Assembly: GCF_009914755.1 (NCBI RefSeq)
Contig: NC_060927.1
Strand: one strand, 5' to 3'
DNA: 64,000 nt
Origin: the human T2T-CHM13v2.0 reference genome, Homo sapiens
Part shown: piece by piece, positions 39,726 through 54,046 of the stretch
Position numbering within the stretch: position 1 is the first letter of the stretch
Layout of the letters: the number at the start of each line of letters is the position of its first letter
The notes under the pieces: generated by a model
The model's input: only the letters and a program-made list of their open reading frames with translations
Told to the model about the DNA's origin: nothing
The model's database searches: none
Program-made: the position numbers and the translations under genes

Positions 39726-40233
39726 CAGGAGCTCTTAACCTTTTGTGTGCCATTGACTCTTGCCATCTGGCGAAGCCTATGGGGACTGTTCTTGGGATAA
39801 TGTTTTAAAGCACATAAAATGAAATATGTCACATTATAAAAGAAATCATTGATATTATAGTACAGTTACCAAAATCTTACAAGAACAAATATGCAACATA
39901 GAAACATGCATATCTTCGTTAATACATTAAATCATAAGATTTGGTGACAGTATATTAACTGTCATCAAAGTGACAAAGTAATAAGTGAAAATGATACGTC
40001 AAAATAACTGTAAAATGACATAAAAATATATGATTTTTAATGGTGATGTAAGTCATATGTACTTATAATGTGCTGTGATTTCTTGTCAACATTTCTGAAG
40101 AAAGGAAATGGTAAATTTCAGTTAGAGAATGGTGAAAATTAAAACGTAATTTTTTCCCCATTGAAGTCCATGGATCTGCTGAATTCAATACAGGCCATTT
40201 GGGGACCCTGTGAGCCCCGGTTAAGAGTCCCTG
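39726..40233. mobile_element. hAT-Charlie non-autonomous DNA transposon (MER119-like)
   Basis: TIRs caggagctcttaacc / ggttaagagtccctg (13/15 match); AT-rich interior. Confidence 0.7.
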
Positions 40234-40416
40234 GCCTTACCCCACTAAGGAAATCATATCGGCCCAGCCTCAGCCAGGCGACTCCCACTCAACCAATCAG
40301 CTGTGGCCATTGAGGAGGGCTGGGTCTCTCTGAAGGCATTTTAGCCCTTGGTGAGAAGCAAGAGTCCACTCTGGGTCCAGAGTCTCTGAAATGATGGGAC
40401 TTTCCTGTCCTCATAG

Positions 40417-40532
40417 GTAACTACGAGGTGTCCATCAAGTTCAATGATGAGCACATCCCGGAAAGCCCCTACCTGGTGCCGGTCATCGCACCCTCCGACG
40501 ACGCCCGCCGCCTCACTGTTATGAGCCTTCAG
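40417..40532 (+). CDS. FLNB: FLNB exon 41 (116 nt); ends in ATG AGC CTT CAG, the M/V and Q/R A-to-I recoding codons
   Basis: tcatag|GT..CAG|gtgaga; [38 protein letters not shown]. Confidence 0.97.
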
Positions 40533-41145
40533 GTGAGATGCAAGGAAGCATCCATCTCCTTGGCCGCAGGCCACCAGTGAGACCCCTGGACTCCTGAGGC
40601 TGCTTCAATGTCCCCTTAGGTGCTGAGGCCCCTTTTCACATTTTGACCACAGATGTCACCCAGTCACTGGGGAGCTTTCCTGTGGCAGAGTCAACTCCCC
40701 ATACACTTAGGGCGGATGACACTTGGGGCGAGCAAAAACAGAGCCACAGTCAACAACACACCTTAATGTTTGGGGACACGTTTGTTTTTAAAGGTTTATT
40801 TAAGAGAAACAAAGGAAGCCTGTTCATAACTGGTTAAGGGATAACAAGGGCTTTCAAAACAAAACCAACACAAAAATAACAGTGCAGTGATGTTTTAGCC
40901 TGCTGTTGTTGGCTGCCTTTCTTCAAGAAAGTCAGTTGCAACTTACTGTGATTCATTAATAAGTGTGCAGGGAACTATATTAAGAGCTTTATCAGTGTTA
41001 CCTCAGTAAATCCTTGCAATAGCCTGACAAGTAGGTTCTCTTGACCCCATTTTAATGATGGAAAAACAGAGATACAAGGAGGTTTTGTCCACTGGGAACC
41101 AGCTAGTATGAGGCAGAACAGGCACAGTGTGGCTCCAGAACCTGT

Positions 41146-41453
41146 ATTTTTGTTTGTTTGTTGTTGTTGTTGAGGCAGAGTCTCGCTCTGTCACCCAGGC
41201 TGGAGTGCAGTGGCATGATCTCGGCTCACTGAAACCTCTGCCTCCCAGGTTCAAGTGATTCTTCTGCCTCAGCCTCCTGAGTAGCTGAGACTCCAGGCAC
41301 GCGCCATCACACCCGGCTAATTTTTGGATTTTTCGTAGAGATGGGGTTGCACCATGTTGGCCAGGCTGGTCTCAAACTCCTGACCTGAGGTGATCCACCC
41401 CACTCAACCTCCCAAAGTGCTGGGATTACAGACGTGAGCCACTGTGCCTGGCC
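41146..41453 (-). mobile_element. Alu inserted at the end of a MIR (MIR ~40950-41140)
   Basis: Antisense dimer; TSD ccagaacctgt. Confidence 0.93.
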
Positions 41454-42649
41454 AGAACCTGTGCCCTTAACGGCAACCTCTCTAACCCCCACCTGATGTT
41501 GTGGCACACGGTTGCATAGTCCATCCCATTAGGATACCAGGAGATGCAACATTTTTCCTCGTCCTAAACAGGTCACTTAATTCAAGGTTGTACTAGCACC
41601 TTCAGCCAAACTAAGAACCATCGGGGATGCCTCTGGGTTTTTGCCCAGGACACTGAAAAATAATTAGGTGTCTGAACTGGGAGTAGCAATTAAGTTGTGA
41701 AATAACATCGAAATCCCAAAGTATGATTTCTGGGTAAGAGTTTCTAAATAGCCTTGAGCTGCCCCCAGTTCTTGAAAATATTGGATTCATTAAAATCCAA
41801 TCTGATGTCTAAGATTGGTGATATCATTGGCTTTAGTTCCATACACTTGGTTTACATTTGAGATTCTAATCTTACTCTGAGGGGAACTGGGATACCTCCA
41901 GTTGTTCCAAACATTAGTCTTTCATTTAGAGACGTAAACAGAACCCAAACCAGACTCAGTCCACACATTGAAGCGGCCTCATCCGGAGAATACCAAGGGT
42001 ACTAACTGGTTACTGTGGTGTAGATGTTTTTCTTGTGTTTCATTTAAAGGCTTCTTAACAGAAGTGTCTTTTGTGGCCAACTTAACTAAAACCTACGGAG
42101 GGAGATAAACCCAGCACTTATTGAGGGCAGGAGCTGCCCTCATGCATCTCGAAGATTTCTTTCAAATCTGCCGAGGCATTTATCTCCCTCTTGAGGATTT
42201 AGCGGCAAGCGGATTCAGGTAATGTAAATGATTCTGTCTAAAAGGAGCTGGTTTGGAAAAATCCCCTCCAGGAAACTTCTGTAGAGTGCTCTCGTCATAG
42301 CTGGGTCATAAATGTTTCAGTAAGTGCACAGCAGGCTGTTTCTTAAGCTTTTGTAACCAGCTGCTGCCGCAGGAGAAGTGTGTTCATCAGCATCGCCCCC
42401 TGTTCTTCCCGGGTCATTTGATGCCGAGTGATATGTAAATTATTGATCAGAGATTTTGCGGAGGCCCACGCAAGCAACATCTGGTGCTGGTTAGCAAAGA
42501 GAGGCATGTATCGTTTTGTCTTGCTTTTGAGACTTTTTAGGAAATTGGAGTAGGCTGGCACTTGGGGTGGGGGTGGGATGGGAGTGATCTGGTGATCAAA
42601 GACCCTCTAATTCTGTGTTCTGTCCTCCCTCCTCAGTCTATATCCCCTA

Positions 42650-43020
42650 GGGCAGCACAGTCCAATAGTAGGTTCTGCAGTGATCAAAATGCTTCAAGTC
42701 TATGCTATGCAGCATGATAGCCACTAACCATATGTGACTATTGAACATCTGAAATGTGGCCAGAGGAACCAAGGAGCTGGATGTTTAGTTTTATTTAAGT
42801 GCATTAAGTTGAAATATATGTATATATGGCCTCGTGGCTGGTGACTACCAAATTAGCCAGTGCAGCTTTAGGACCTTGCCATGAAGATGTGGTTCTTGGG
42901 CCAGTTCTTGGACCTCAGCATCACCTGAGAACTTCAGTCCCAGACCCACTGGAAAAGAATCTGTATTTTAATAAGATCCCCAGATGGTTTGCTTACACAT
43001 TAAGTGTGAGCCATGCTGCT
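42650..43020. mobile_element. MER3 followed by MER5A-like DNA transposon fragments
   Basis: gtccaatag...gccactaaccatatgtgactattgaacatctgaaatgtggc; gaatctgtattttaataagatccccagatg. Confidence 0.65.
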
Positions 43021-44010
43021 TCAGAGTTATTGCCTGAGGAGTGGCTGTCCGACCAAGTCTAAATCAAAATTACTGACTTGTAAAATGCTGCTGTTCAGGA
43101 TTGGCTAGTCTTAAAATATCTCAAATGTTGTTGCTCAGCTTTGTTCTTAACCATCTGAACTTCTAATCCCCTCCTCCCAGAAGAGGAGATAGTTTCCAAG
43201 ACAAAGTATGGGGAGTGAAACTGATCCAGGGAAGAGCAAAAGCTATGTCTTTCTATGGCTTCTTGTGGGGATACAACCTCTAAATGCATATTAATATTTA
43301 ATAATAAGCTGACGTTTTCGAGCCTCTCTGTGTATGGGCTAGGCCCTGTGATAAATGTTTTGCATGCACAGCTTCATTTGATCTTTATAGTAGCCCTCGA
43401 GATAGATCGTTATTATGCCCATTTTACAGATGAGGAAACTGAGACTCGAAGAGGTTTGGCACCCTAGATATATAGCTAGGAAATGGTAGGAAATCCAGAT
43501 CCAGCTGATTCTTAACTGCTATGGAGTACTGCCTTCTTTGCACACGTAGCCCTTTATAATATGTTCCTCCAGGTCTGCCCTTGAGATAACAAACAGCATA
43601 ACATAAAACTGTGTTCGTGTTCGTGAGTGCATGACTTTGTTAGCTGCAGTATCCTCTTAAAAGAGGACACTTTTTTGACCTGGAACATACTGGGTTTTCT
43701 GGCCTGCATGGGCATTATTTTGGATGCTGAGATGATAGTCCTTTTGACCAGGATGTCTCAAGTATCCAAGCCCAGAAATCATCTCTTCTAGGCTGAATCA
43801 AGATGGTTTGCATAAGAGACCATGCAGATGCACGTCTCTGCTATCTTACATTAAAAATGCAGAATGGCTCACCTGCCCTTTGTTGTCATATGTTATATAG
43901 AAAAACCTATTTGCATGAGAACTGTCACCCACAGTTTTGGGTAGGGTCAGTGTGTGCCACTGAGCAGGAACGCCGAGGGCCATAACCTGTCTGATGTATT
44001 AAATTCTCAG

Positions 44011-44143
44011 GAATCGGGATTAAAAGTTAACCAGCCAGCATCCTTTGCTATAAGGTTGAATGGCGCAAAAGGCAAGATTGATGCAAAGGTGCACAGCCCC
44101 TCTGGAGCCGTGGAGGAGTGCCACGTGTCTGAGCTGGAGCCAG
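44011..44143 (+). CDS. FLNB: FLNB exon 42 (133 nt)
   Basis: tctcag|GAA..CCAG|gtgagc; [18 protein letters not shown]...SELEP. Confidence 0.97.
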
Positions 44144-44381
44144 GTGAGCAGGAGGCCTGCTGGGGGGTCCCAGCACCAGCACTTTCCAGCAGAATGTTCC
44201 TGTAAATGTGTGTCCCAAGGGAGGGCTGATCAGTTTCATTACTGCCAGTGAGCCTCTGAATTCCCTTTGCTGTTGCCAGATATTGTTTATAAATTAGGGT
44301 TTAAACATGTGCCAGGGATAGGGAGACCCTTTATGCTAGGAGAGAATGCTCATTCTTTCTTTCTTTTTTAAACAAATGCTG

Positions 44382-44539
44382 GGCTGGGTACAGTGCCTTA
44401 ACCTGAGAGGTCAAGGCTGCAGTGAGCTATGATGCAGTGAGCTATGATTGTGCCACTGAACTCCAGCCTGGGTGACAGAGTGAGACCCTGTCTCCAGAAA
44501 AAAAACAAAAAAACAAAAAAACACATACACACAACACAA
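44382..44539 (+). mobile_element. Internally deleted Alu
   Basis: 5' end fused to the right-arm end; TSD aaacaaatgct. Confidence 0.8.
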
Positions 44540-45168
44540 AAACAAATGCTTCTTTGTTTTCTGTTAGTTTTTCAGATTCCTTTTGCATGACATTCATCAT
44601 AATTTTTCTTTCATATTGTAACAACATCTTACAGATTTTTATTCATTGACCTTATGGCACGAGTAAGCATATTTTGATCTCACTTTACTCTAAAGGAAAA
44701 GTAGGTTAATGTTCTGTAAATTTAAAAAAGAAAATCTGGGTCTCTAGGCCCTAATGTCCTAAGATTTTTCTTGCTTGGTGCCTTGGTATATGGAATTCTC
44801 TGATTTAATCAACTTTAAAGAGACAGTGTTACCGGTGAACATAATAAATTTATTAAGTGTCAGAAACTTGAAGGAAGGTATAAGGCTCAAAGAGTTGCTC
44901 AAAGTTTAGTGAAGGCCTGGCCAAAAAGCAGATGATGACCCCAAATGATCACTAGTACCACAGGAGAACTGTGAAGCAAATGGTAAAGATGGTCAGAGCA
45001 GGAGAGAGAAATAGTTTCTGCCTCGGTGAGTTCAGGAGGGCTTCTCAGAGGAGGTGACATTTGATGTGGGCCTTGATGTATGAGGAGGAGACCTATGATT
45101 ACTGCCTTATAGGGCATTTGTTGTGTGCCTGGCTGTATTTGTATAGTGTAGTTGGAAATCTAGGCTCT

Positions 45169-45478
<310 letters not shown>

Positions 45479-47004
45479 TTAGATCTATGTTTCCTAGTAG
45501 GCAGAAAGGCAGTGGGGAGCCTCAGGAGGAACAAGTGTAAAGGATGGGGTCAGATCCTGGTTTTAGTCTGAAAGGCCAAGTGGCAAGCTGGTGCTCCCAG
45601 AGTGGTCCATTTGAGGAAGCAGTGGCACTGGAAATGGAGAGGAGGGACTTGAGGCCAGAGATCTATGGTGGCTATAGAGAGTGAGAGAGAGAATCCATTC
45701 CAAAATGTTCCACGTAGCTTAGTGATTGGGTCGGAAGATGACAGTGCAGTTATCAGAACTAGGGCCAGCCAGGCAGAGGGTGGGTGAGGATTGGTCAGGG
45801 CCTTAAAGGGTTTAATATTTTACTTTGAGGGGTTTTGAAGGATCCCCAATACCCAAATGGAGATGTTTACTAGATCACTGTGAGGTTTGGTGGCCTCAGC
45901 CCCAACAGTCCCTCACTGGGTACCCTCCCTCTTCTCTTAAAGCCAATGTGCTTCAGGGGAAGCTAACTCCACCCCAGACAGGATTTGAACCCCTACAGAT
46001 GTATGAGATCATTAGCATGACACAGTTACTATTGATTGCAAATTACAGAATACCCAGCTCAAGCCAACTCACACAATAAAGGGGCCCAGTAAGTTGCATA
46101 ACTAGAAAGTTCAAGACATCCAAGACAGGTTTCAGCAATTTGATTTGGTCATTGAGCTGCGCCCTGCAAGGCGTCAAATATTTCTGCTGTTCTGCTTTGT
46201 GGGCCTGGTTCTGGCCTTCCTCTTGGTGGCAGGATGGCCTTCCTCTTGGTGGCAGGATGGCTGCAGCAGCACCAGATGTCCCACCTTCACGCCACATCAA
46301 TTAAGAGAGACACCCTCTCAGGATTCTTAGAAGTCGAGAGCCTCCTTTCCCAGAAGTCTCCAGCACGTCTGCCTTCCCCTCTCACTGACCTGGACACATG
46401 CCCACTGCTGAGTCATTTCCTGTGGCTAAAGAAATGCCATGTGCTCATTGACTAAGGCTTAGTGAAGAAGGATTTTTCCCTGATCCACTCAGGGACCACA
46501 CCTGGACATGGCGGTGGAGCCAGCTTCCCCTACAACACATTGGCTTTAAGGGAGGCGGATGGGGACTGTTGGAGGATGTTCAGTGCCAAAGGACGTAGGG
46601 TGCACAGCTTCATGGAGGTGCACCTCTGTGGAGACGTCCAGAGGCAGGGAGAAGAGCTTTGGGGAACACAAATTCTGAGAGGGATGAAGAGTACTAGGCA
46701 CCAGGGAGAGACCGAGAGACTACCTGGAGAGGTAGGAGGAGAACAGGCTCTGCACCCTGGGCAGGAGGGCTTCAAGGAGGAAGCGGCAGTCAGGTGGTGC
46801 ACAATGGGTAGATGTTCTAGGTGCCCACTTCAGTTAACAGATTACCTTGCTACATGCTGTGACCCAAACGCACAGCCACAAACCTGCCCTGTGGGGGCAG
46901 TTCCTAGCTTTGAGCTTAATTAAGGAGCATTAATGCCAGTTGGAACCGTTTTTTTTCCCCTTCAAGTGGCCAAATAGAGAAACATAGAAGAAGTGAGGTT
47001 TTCT

Positions 47005-47323
47005 TTTTTCCCTTCATATATATTCCTTTTTATTTCTTGTTATGCCTTCCCAAAACAGAGACATTGAACAGTAGTTAGAATGGCCATCTCCCAATGTTTA
47101 AAAACAAACTGAACTCCCCAATGGGTGAACAAAGTAAAGAGTAGTAACCTGGAGTTCAGCTGAGTAAGCCGCTGCGGAGCCTTAAGTGGTGAGGTCTTCC
47201 AATTTCAGAGTGCTGTGTCTTCAACTTGTATCATCATTTTAGTGGAAAAACATAATTTAATTTTGGTGAAATGAGATTCATCTCGTGACAGGATTAGTAA
47301 CAGCATTCACAGAATTTCACACT
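47005..47323 (-). pseudogene. 5'-truncated retrocopy of an mRNA 3' end (L1-mediated); tentatively TPM3-like 3'UTR
   Basis: Perfect 18-bp TSD gaagaagtgaggttttct at 46987-47004 and 47324-47341; minus-strand AATAAA plus short A tail; TTT/AGAAAA endonuclease site; parent gene from memory only. Confidence 0.75.
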
Positions 47324-47610
47324 GAAGAAGTGAGGTTTTCTAAAGAAAGGAAGTGTTCTTCTGAGGCAGGGGTCAGAGTCTTGTCCTGTGTTTATAGGAT
47401 TTGCAATGTGGATGCGTTTCCCTTGGGGCTGATGAGGGATACCCAGGGGGTCTGTCTGGTTCTGAAATCCAGGATGCTGAGTGCCAGGCTCCCTGTAGAA
47501 CTGTTGATTTTAAATGGGCCATCTCAGCTTGGCCTCCATCCTTTATCCTCACTGAACTCAGGGGTGTCCATTTGCTTGATTTCACCCTGTGCCTTTGCTC
47601 ATTCTCCTAG

Positions 47611-47787
47611 ATAAGTATGCTGTTCGCTTCATCCCTCATGAGAATGGTGTCCACACCATCGATGTCAAGTTCAATGGGAGCCACGTGGTTGGAAGCCCCT
47701 TCAAAGTGCGCGTTGGGGAGCCTGGACAAGCGGGGAACCCTGCCCTGGTGTCCGCCTATGGCACGGGACTCGAAGGGGGCACCACAG
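47611..47787 (+). CDS. FLNB: FLNB exon 43 (177 nt)
   Basis: tcctag|AT..ACAG|gtaacc; [20 protein letters not shown]...LEGGTT. Confidence 0.97.
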
Positions 47788-50760
47788 GTAACCCACTCTT
47801 CTGCTTCTTGAAGCCTTAACTGAACCAGCTCCAGGGACCAAGCCAGATGGAAATCCTCAAGCCCCATGAAAGCTTTTTACACGTACTCCCCGTGGAAACT
47901 GGGGTCATGCACACTTCGGAGGCGCTTGCTGTCCAAAGCTGTTTTGGGAGTTGCGGTTTGACCCACGATAAATCCAGAGTGAGAGCTCGATGGCCGTGTT
48001 ATCACACCTCATTACTGTTAGTTGTGATTCAGATTCCTTCCTCTGCCAAGTTTCTTGACTTTCAGAACAGGATGCTGATAGTCAGGGAACACAGCACAGT
48101 GTCATTAATTTTGAGGGTTTCTTTGCCTGCACAGAATTCATGATGCGTCCAAGTGGGCTCCTACCCGTCTGTTCTTTCATGGTACCAGGCTCCCAGAAAT
48201 GCACTGAAGCAGCAATAAGACCTGTCCCAGCCTATCTCCTCCTCTTTTTACTCTCAGATCTTAATGGAGGAGGAGAAAAGACTGAAATGTTCAAAGAATT
48301 CTGAAGCTTTTTAGACCCGTTACAATTTACTTTTATTCTTTGCCACAGATGGGACATGTTTGATTATGAAAGATACAGGCAGTGAAGAAGTAAATAAAGT
48401 GAGACTCACTCCATCTTCTCTCCTCCTCCCCCACCTGGGTCTGGAAGCAAACGGCTCTGGGAAGGGAGGACCTTCACCCTGTCTGTCATCTCATTGTCTG
48501 TCTTCATTCTTGGTTGCTGGGTTGGTTAGCTAATTGGTTCATTAGACAAGCAGACACAGAGTTTTGCTTTTGTCTTACAGAAAGAATCTTACTGTATCCA
48601 CTGTGTGGTATAGCTTGTGTTTTTGCTTTGACATCTTAAAGATCTTTCCATGTCAGAACAGATCTTCCCCTCCTTTTCCTGGCTGTAGTGAGAATTCCTG
48701 CTGTGAATCGCAGTTATTTGAACAGGTGGCATCGGGTGGTGCGCAGTGAGTGCGTCACTGTTATGGAGGCTGCCAGGGTGGAGAGTCAGTCCTTAGTCTT
48801 TGCAGGGGAAGTGCGCAGTGTGGACTCACTGGGGCATGTTTGCATTTGGTGTTACTTTGGACCCTCTTGGGAAAGCAGTATGTCCTGGTTTCTTGAGTCT
48901 CTTGTGTGTGTACCCCCACCCCGCATAAGGAGAGTGGGATGGAGCAGACTTGCCTCCCAGGGGTGAGGGGTGAGTGGCTGCATGGTTGCCTGGCATCCAG
49001 CCCTAGGAGCAAGTGACCTGTGTGGCCAAGGGGCCCTCTCCGGGTGCAGGAGTGACTGGTGGGCTGGCAGGCTGCCCGGGACTCTGGCCAAAGCAGTGGC
49101 CTCAGCAAAGCCACCCACAGGGGTGGTGTGAGTGCTGCCAGACTCCCCAGGCAAATCCAGCCCGGCTCCACGCTGAACTCTGGGCCTGCGGCTTGCCTTT
49201 TGTGAAAGGCATGGTATCATTTTACCGTAAGTGATGTCCATTTTACAGATGTGGAAAGTGAGATGCAGAGGTTGAGTCACTCCCCAAACAACACTCCCCC
49301 AAAAAGCAGTCAGCTGGGAGGAGGCAGAACCAGGAATCAGTCTACATCCGTGACCTCAGAGCCTATGCGCTGAACCCCCGAGCTTGGCCCCCTCTCTAAG
49401 TGGCTGGCTCACCCAGAGGCAGTGACTGCATCCCCAGCCCACTTTGGGGATGTCCTAAACCAGGACCCCTGTCCTCCCAGCCACTCAGGAGTACTTTCCA
49501 GGCAGCAGTGCTGGCACTTGGGCCCTGACAAGGTACTCACCTTTGAGGGCCCAGGTGGGGTCCTCTCGGCACTTGGAGCGCGTGGCAGGCTTCAGGCCAG
49601 GCCTCACAGCAGCTGCTGGGGTCTCCCACACTGGCCAGGAAGCATCTCACCCTCCTGCTGGCTCATGCCGCTGTGCCTGGGCCCTCTCCCATTTCCTTTT
49701 GGCTGTTCGCACACCTTTTTGGGAGCTTGGGTTTCAGGCTGTGCTCTGCAAGTGCTGGACGCTGCTGAGAGAAGGAGTTGCTCTTGCAGGGAAGCTCCTA
49801 GCCAGGAGGGGAGAGGTACAGAACCGCCTGCTTCAAACCCTGTGTAAATATTGCTCTTGTCACAGGGAAGGCGCCTTGTTTTTCCAGCCCTCCTGCTCCC
49901 AAGCCTTTCCCTAAATATCCATTCTGAGATTACACAGCTGCAGTGTGCATGGAATGAAAAGGTATCTGTGCTTGGCCGCCAGAGCGCCCAGTATCCTGAC
50001 CTTCTGAACAAAGCAAACCTCCCTCTGTTTTTAATGGGTGAGTTTGCTGTATCTCTTGGCTCAAGCTTTAAATGGTCCATTCTGTAGATTTTGGAGTAGG
50101 GGAATGTGGAGAATTTGGGGCGGGACCCTGCTGGAGGCGGCTTGAGAGGCTGGGAGATAGACCAGGGAGCTCCAGATTCTTTGGAGCCGCTGAGCAATTT
50201 TCCTAATGAAATGGTCCAGGAACCCCAGTGTGCTCGGGGTATACCAGAAGGGCCTCCTTCCTTAACTGCCTTGAAGAACAAGCAGTGCTGCGTTTAACAT
50301 GCATTAAACTCACAGGAACTGAGCTGGACATATTTGAGGGGGTGGGGGAAGACCGCCACGCCCAGAGATGTTTTGTGGTGTCAGATACAGGTTATAGCTA
50401 GAGGCAGTGGTGAGAGACTTCTGCTTGTGGATTTTTTTCCTTCCATCTTCTCTCAGGTAAGTGCTTTAGCTCCAAGTTGGACAGACTTTATGTTTAAATC
50501 CCAGTTCTGCTGGTCCCCAGCTGTGTGACTCCAGATGAATTATCTGACTTCACTGTGCCTCTGCTTCCTTTCCTGTAAAACAGGATTAATAACAGGACCC
50601 ACCTAATAGGCTTGTTTGGAGCTGTAGAGGAGGTAACAGCCAAGTAGTAGCTCTTGTCCCATAACCCCTGCTTTCTCTTTTCCCACCTCGTCTTCCCTGC
50701 CCTTTTGGGCCCTCACAGTCAAGATGAACTGATTTTTGGTTGGTCAAAATATTGCATTAG

Positions 50761-51600
<840 letters not shown>

Positions 51601-52896
51601 AAATATCTTTCCTTATCATCACCTTACAGCTGCTTCCTGGATGGACACACTGTCTCCTTGTTGCTCACCTCCCGCTTCTTCCCTACGTAGCCCCAGGCCT
51701 CAGAGCTGCTGCTTGAGGGGCTTCTTGGCTGCACAGATTAGATACCATGATGAGGTTGAGATAGTGTTGGGGGTGGACCTTGGGGCAGGAGCCTCAAGAG
51801 CTTCCAGGAACAGCTGGGTTGTGTTTGAGAGTTGCACGATAGCAGCTCTTTTGTTTTTATTGATATCCAGAACAATAATTCTTTCTCTGGACTAGGAGCT
51901 ATAATTAAACCAAAATATTTCCCAGCTGGGGCAGTGTCTAGGGCTCTGGCAGAAGCATAGCCCTGCATGGGGATGCTATGCCAGGCATGCCCCATAGAGG
52001 GCACTGTAGCAGGCATGCGCCAGACCTGATGACTGAAGGAGGCTCTCCCTGGGCCAGCTAAGTTGTCTCAGGGCTGCAGTTAGGGGATCTGAGGCAGCTC
52101 CACTGCCCATCCAGGGGTCAAGAGATGAGCCTGGCACCAGAGCCATGCAGACATGGTTCAAACCCGGCTCTACCACTTTCTGGTTGTGTAGCGTGACTGG
52201 CCCCCTCCCTGAGCCGCAGAGTCATTTGTGAAGCAGGAATCACGGAAAGGATTCCATACCACATGCGTAAATGGTGCTGTGCACAGGACCTGGAGCCGGA
52301 GTGGGGTACGCATGCCCCGTCAGCGGGAGCTGCTGTTCTGTTCCTGTGCTTGTTGCTGGAATTCACGGCAAAGTGGGTGGGCTGGCAGGTCACAGTGGCT
52401 GCACCCGGTCTGCAGCACAGTGCCTGGGGTGAGGGCTGAGGAGGAAGGGAGGAGATGCTTGGCCTCCCTGGCTTCTCCAAGTCTACCCGGAGAAGAAAGG
52501 ACAGTCAGAGGGGCCCACGCCTCCCCCACACCCCTGGAGGGAGAGCTGGACTCTGGTGGCTGAAGCAGCACTTCAGGCTCACAGTGTGACTCAGGCTTCT
52601 TGCCCTCAGCCACAATGGCTCATGCCCAGAGGAGAGAACAGGGTGTCCAGGCTGTTGGTGCTTGTGGGCGAAATGTCAGCCATGCTCCTCCTGCCTTGGC
52701 CTAGAAAAGGGAGCCCCCACCCCGCAGGGCCTGAGGTTCTCTCTGCCAGAAGTTCAGAGCTAGTGCCAGTGGGTTCCCATGCCACCAGGGTGAGCCCTCT
52801 GTAAGGGGATCTATGTGTGTCCCTCACCACGGCCTCAGTGCTCCCAGGAAAGCCCTCCAAGTCATCAACACAGCATTTTCTATTCCTTTCTCCCAG

Positions 52897-53115
52897 GTAT
52901 CCAGTCGGAATTCTTTATTAACACCACCCGAGCAGGTCCAGGGACATTATCCGTCACCATCGAAGGCCCATCCAAGGTTAAAATGGATTGCCAGGAAACA
53001 CCTGAAGGGTACAAAGTCATGTACACCCCCATGGCTCCTGGTAACTACCTGATCAGCGTCAAATACGGTGGGCCCAACCACATCGTGGGCAGTCCCTTCA
53101 AGGCCAAGGTGACAG
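52897..53115 (+). CDS. FLNB: FLNB exon 44 (219 nt), repeat 23
   Basis: tcccag|GT..ACAG|gtaacg; [15 protein letters not shown]...SPFKAKVT. Confidence 0.97.
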
Positions 53116-54046
53116 GTAACGAACAACCACCTTCGGAGTTACTCTCCCTTCCTGGGGAGCTGGTTGTGTCAGATCAATCATAGTGGAAACTATGGATGGT
53201 TTTAGATGTGTTAAAGCTACTTTGAACTTTGAATGTCAGTAAATAGTATGAGATGTCAGAGGGCAGTGTTTGAAACTTACAAAAGTCCACAGAGTGGAGC
53301 CGTGCAGAAGTTGAGAAAGCATGTTAGGATGTTAGGTGGTTTTCTATCTCTAACAGGAAAGAATACATATTGAAATCTTACGTATTTGTTTAGATCAGGG
53401 TCTGAAAAATCCCCTGATTTCTAATTTTCACTTGAAAAATAATCAAAAAGTTTTCCTATACTTATAAAAATGTGTCTCCTCCAAAACACTGGAAAAAATA
53501 CCAAACTATGAAAACCACTTCACAGCCACCACCCAAGGTAACCACCATAAACACTGTAGTAAATCCCTTCCACACGTCATGATTCACTGTTACATAAAGA
53601 ATGTAGGTTCATCGCAGGAAAATTAGAAAATTCAGATAGAAAAATCATCCTTTCTCATCCACAGAATCATTTTTTGATATTTCATTATATGTCGTCCCAA
53701 ACTTTTACACTGCTTATACATAGACTATTTTATGTCAATAGAAAGATGTGAATTCCACAGGCACATCTTTGGTGGGTAGGGGGTGGGGGGATTGGGAGGG
53801 TCCTTGGCCTTGTCAGCCAAGGCCAGACTCATCCATTTGCCCAGAAAGCCAGATCCTAGTTGTATGGGGGTGGGATCCTAGGGGTTTAGAAGACATTATG
53901 GGTGTGAGATACAGGTGTGGTGGCTTTTGTGTTGGGGTGCGCGGGCTCTCCTGGGGTTACTGTGTAGGGTACTCGCCTGTCCTCTGGCTGAGAGACCCCT
54001 CTTGATCTGGCCATTCATGCCTGTCCCCCTCCCTCCTGTATCTTAG

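Noticed and set aside
40411-40422. tag|GTAACT acceptor-donor overlap (recursive-splice-like) at the start of exon 41
   Set aside because: Consequence of phase-1 introns splitting Gly codons, common in this gene; introns are short and nothing suggests recursive use
49604-50281. 225-aa minus-strand ORF inside the FLNB-AS1 span (similarly 1984-2649, 221 aa)
   Set aside because: No recognisable domain or coding-like composition; expected by chance in GC-rich intron; would need Ribo-seq/PhyloCSF support
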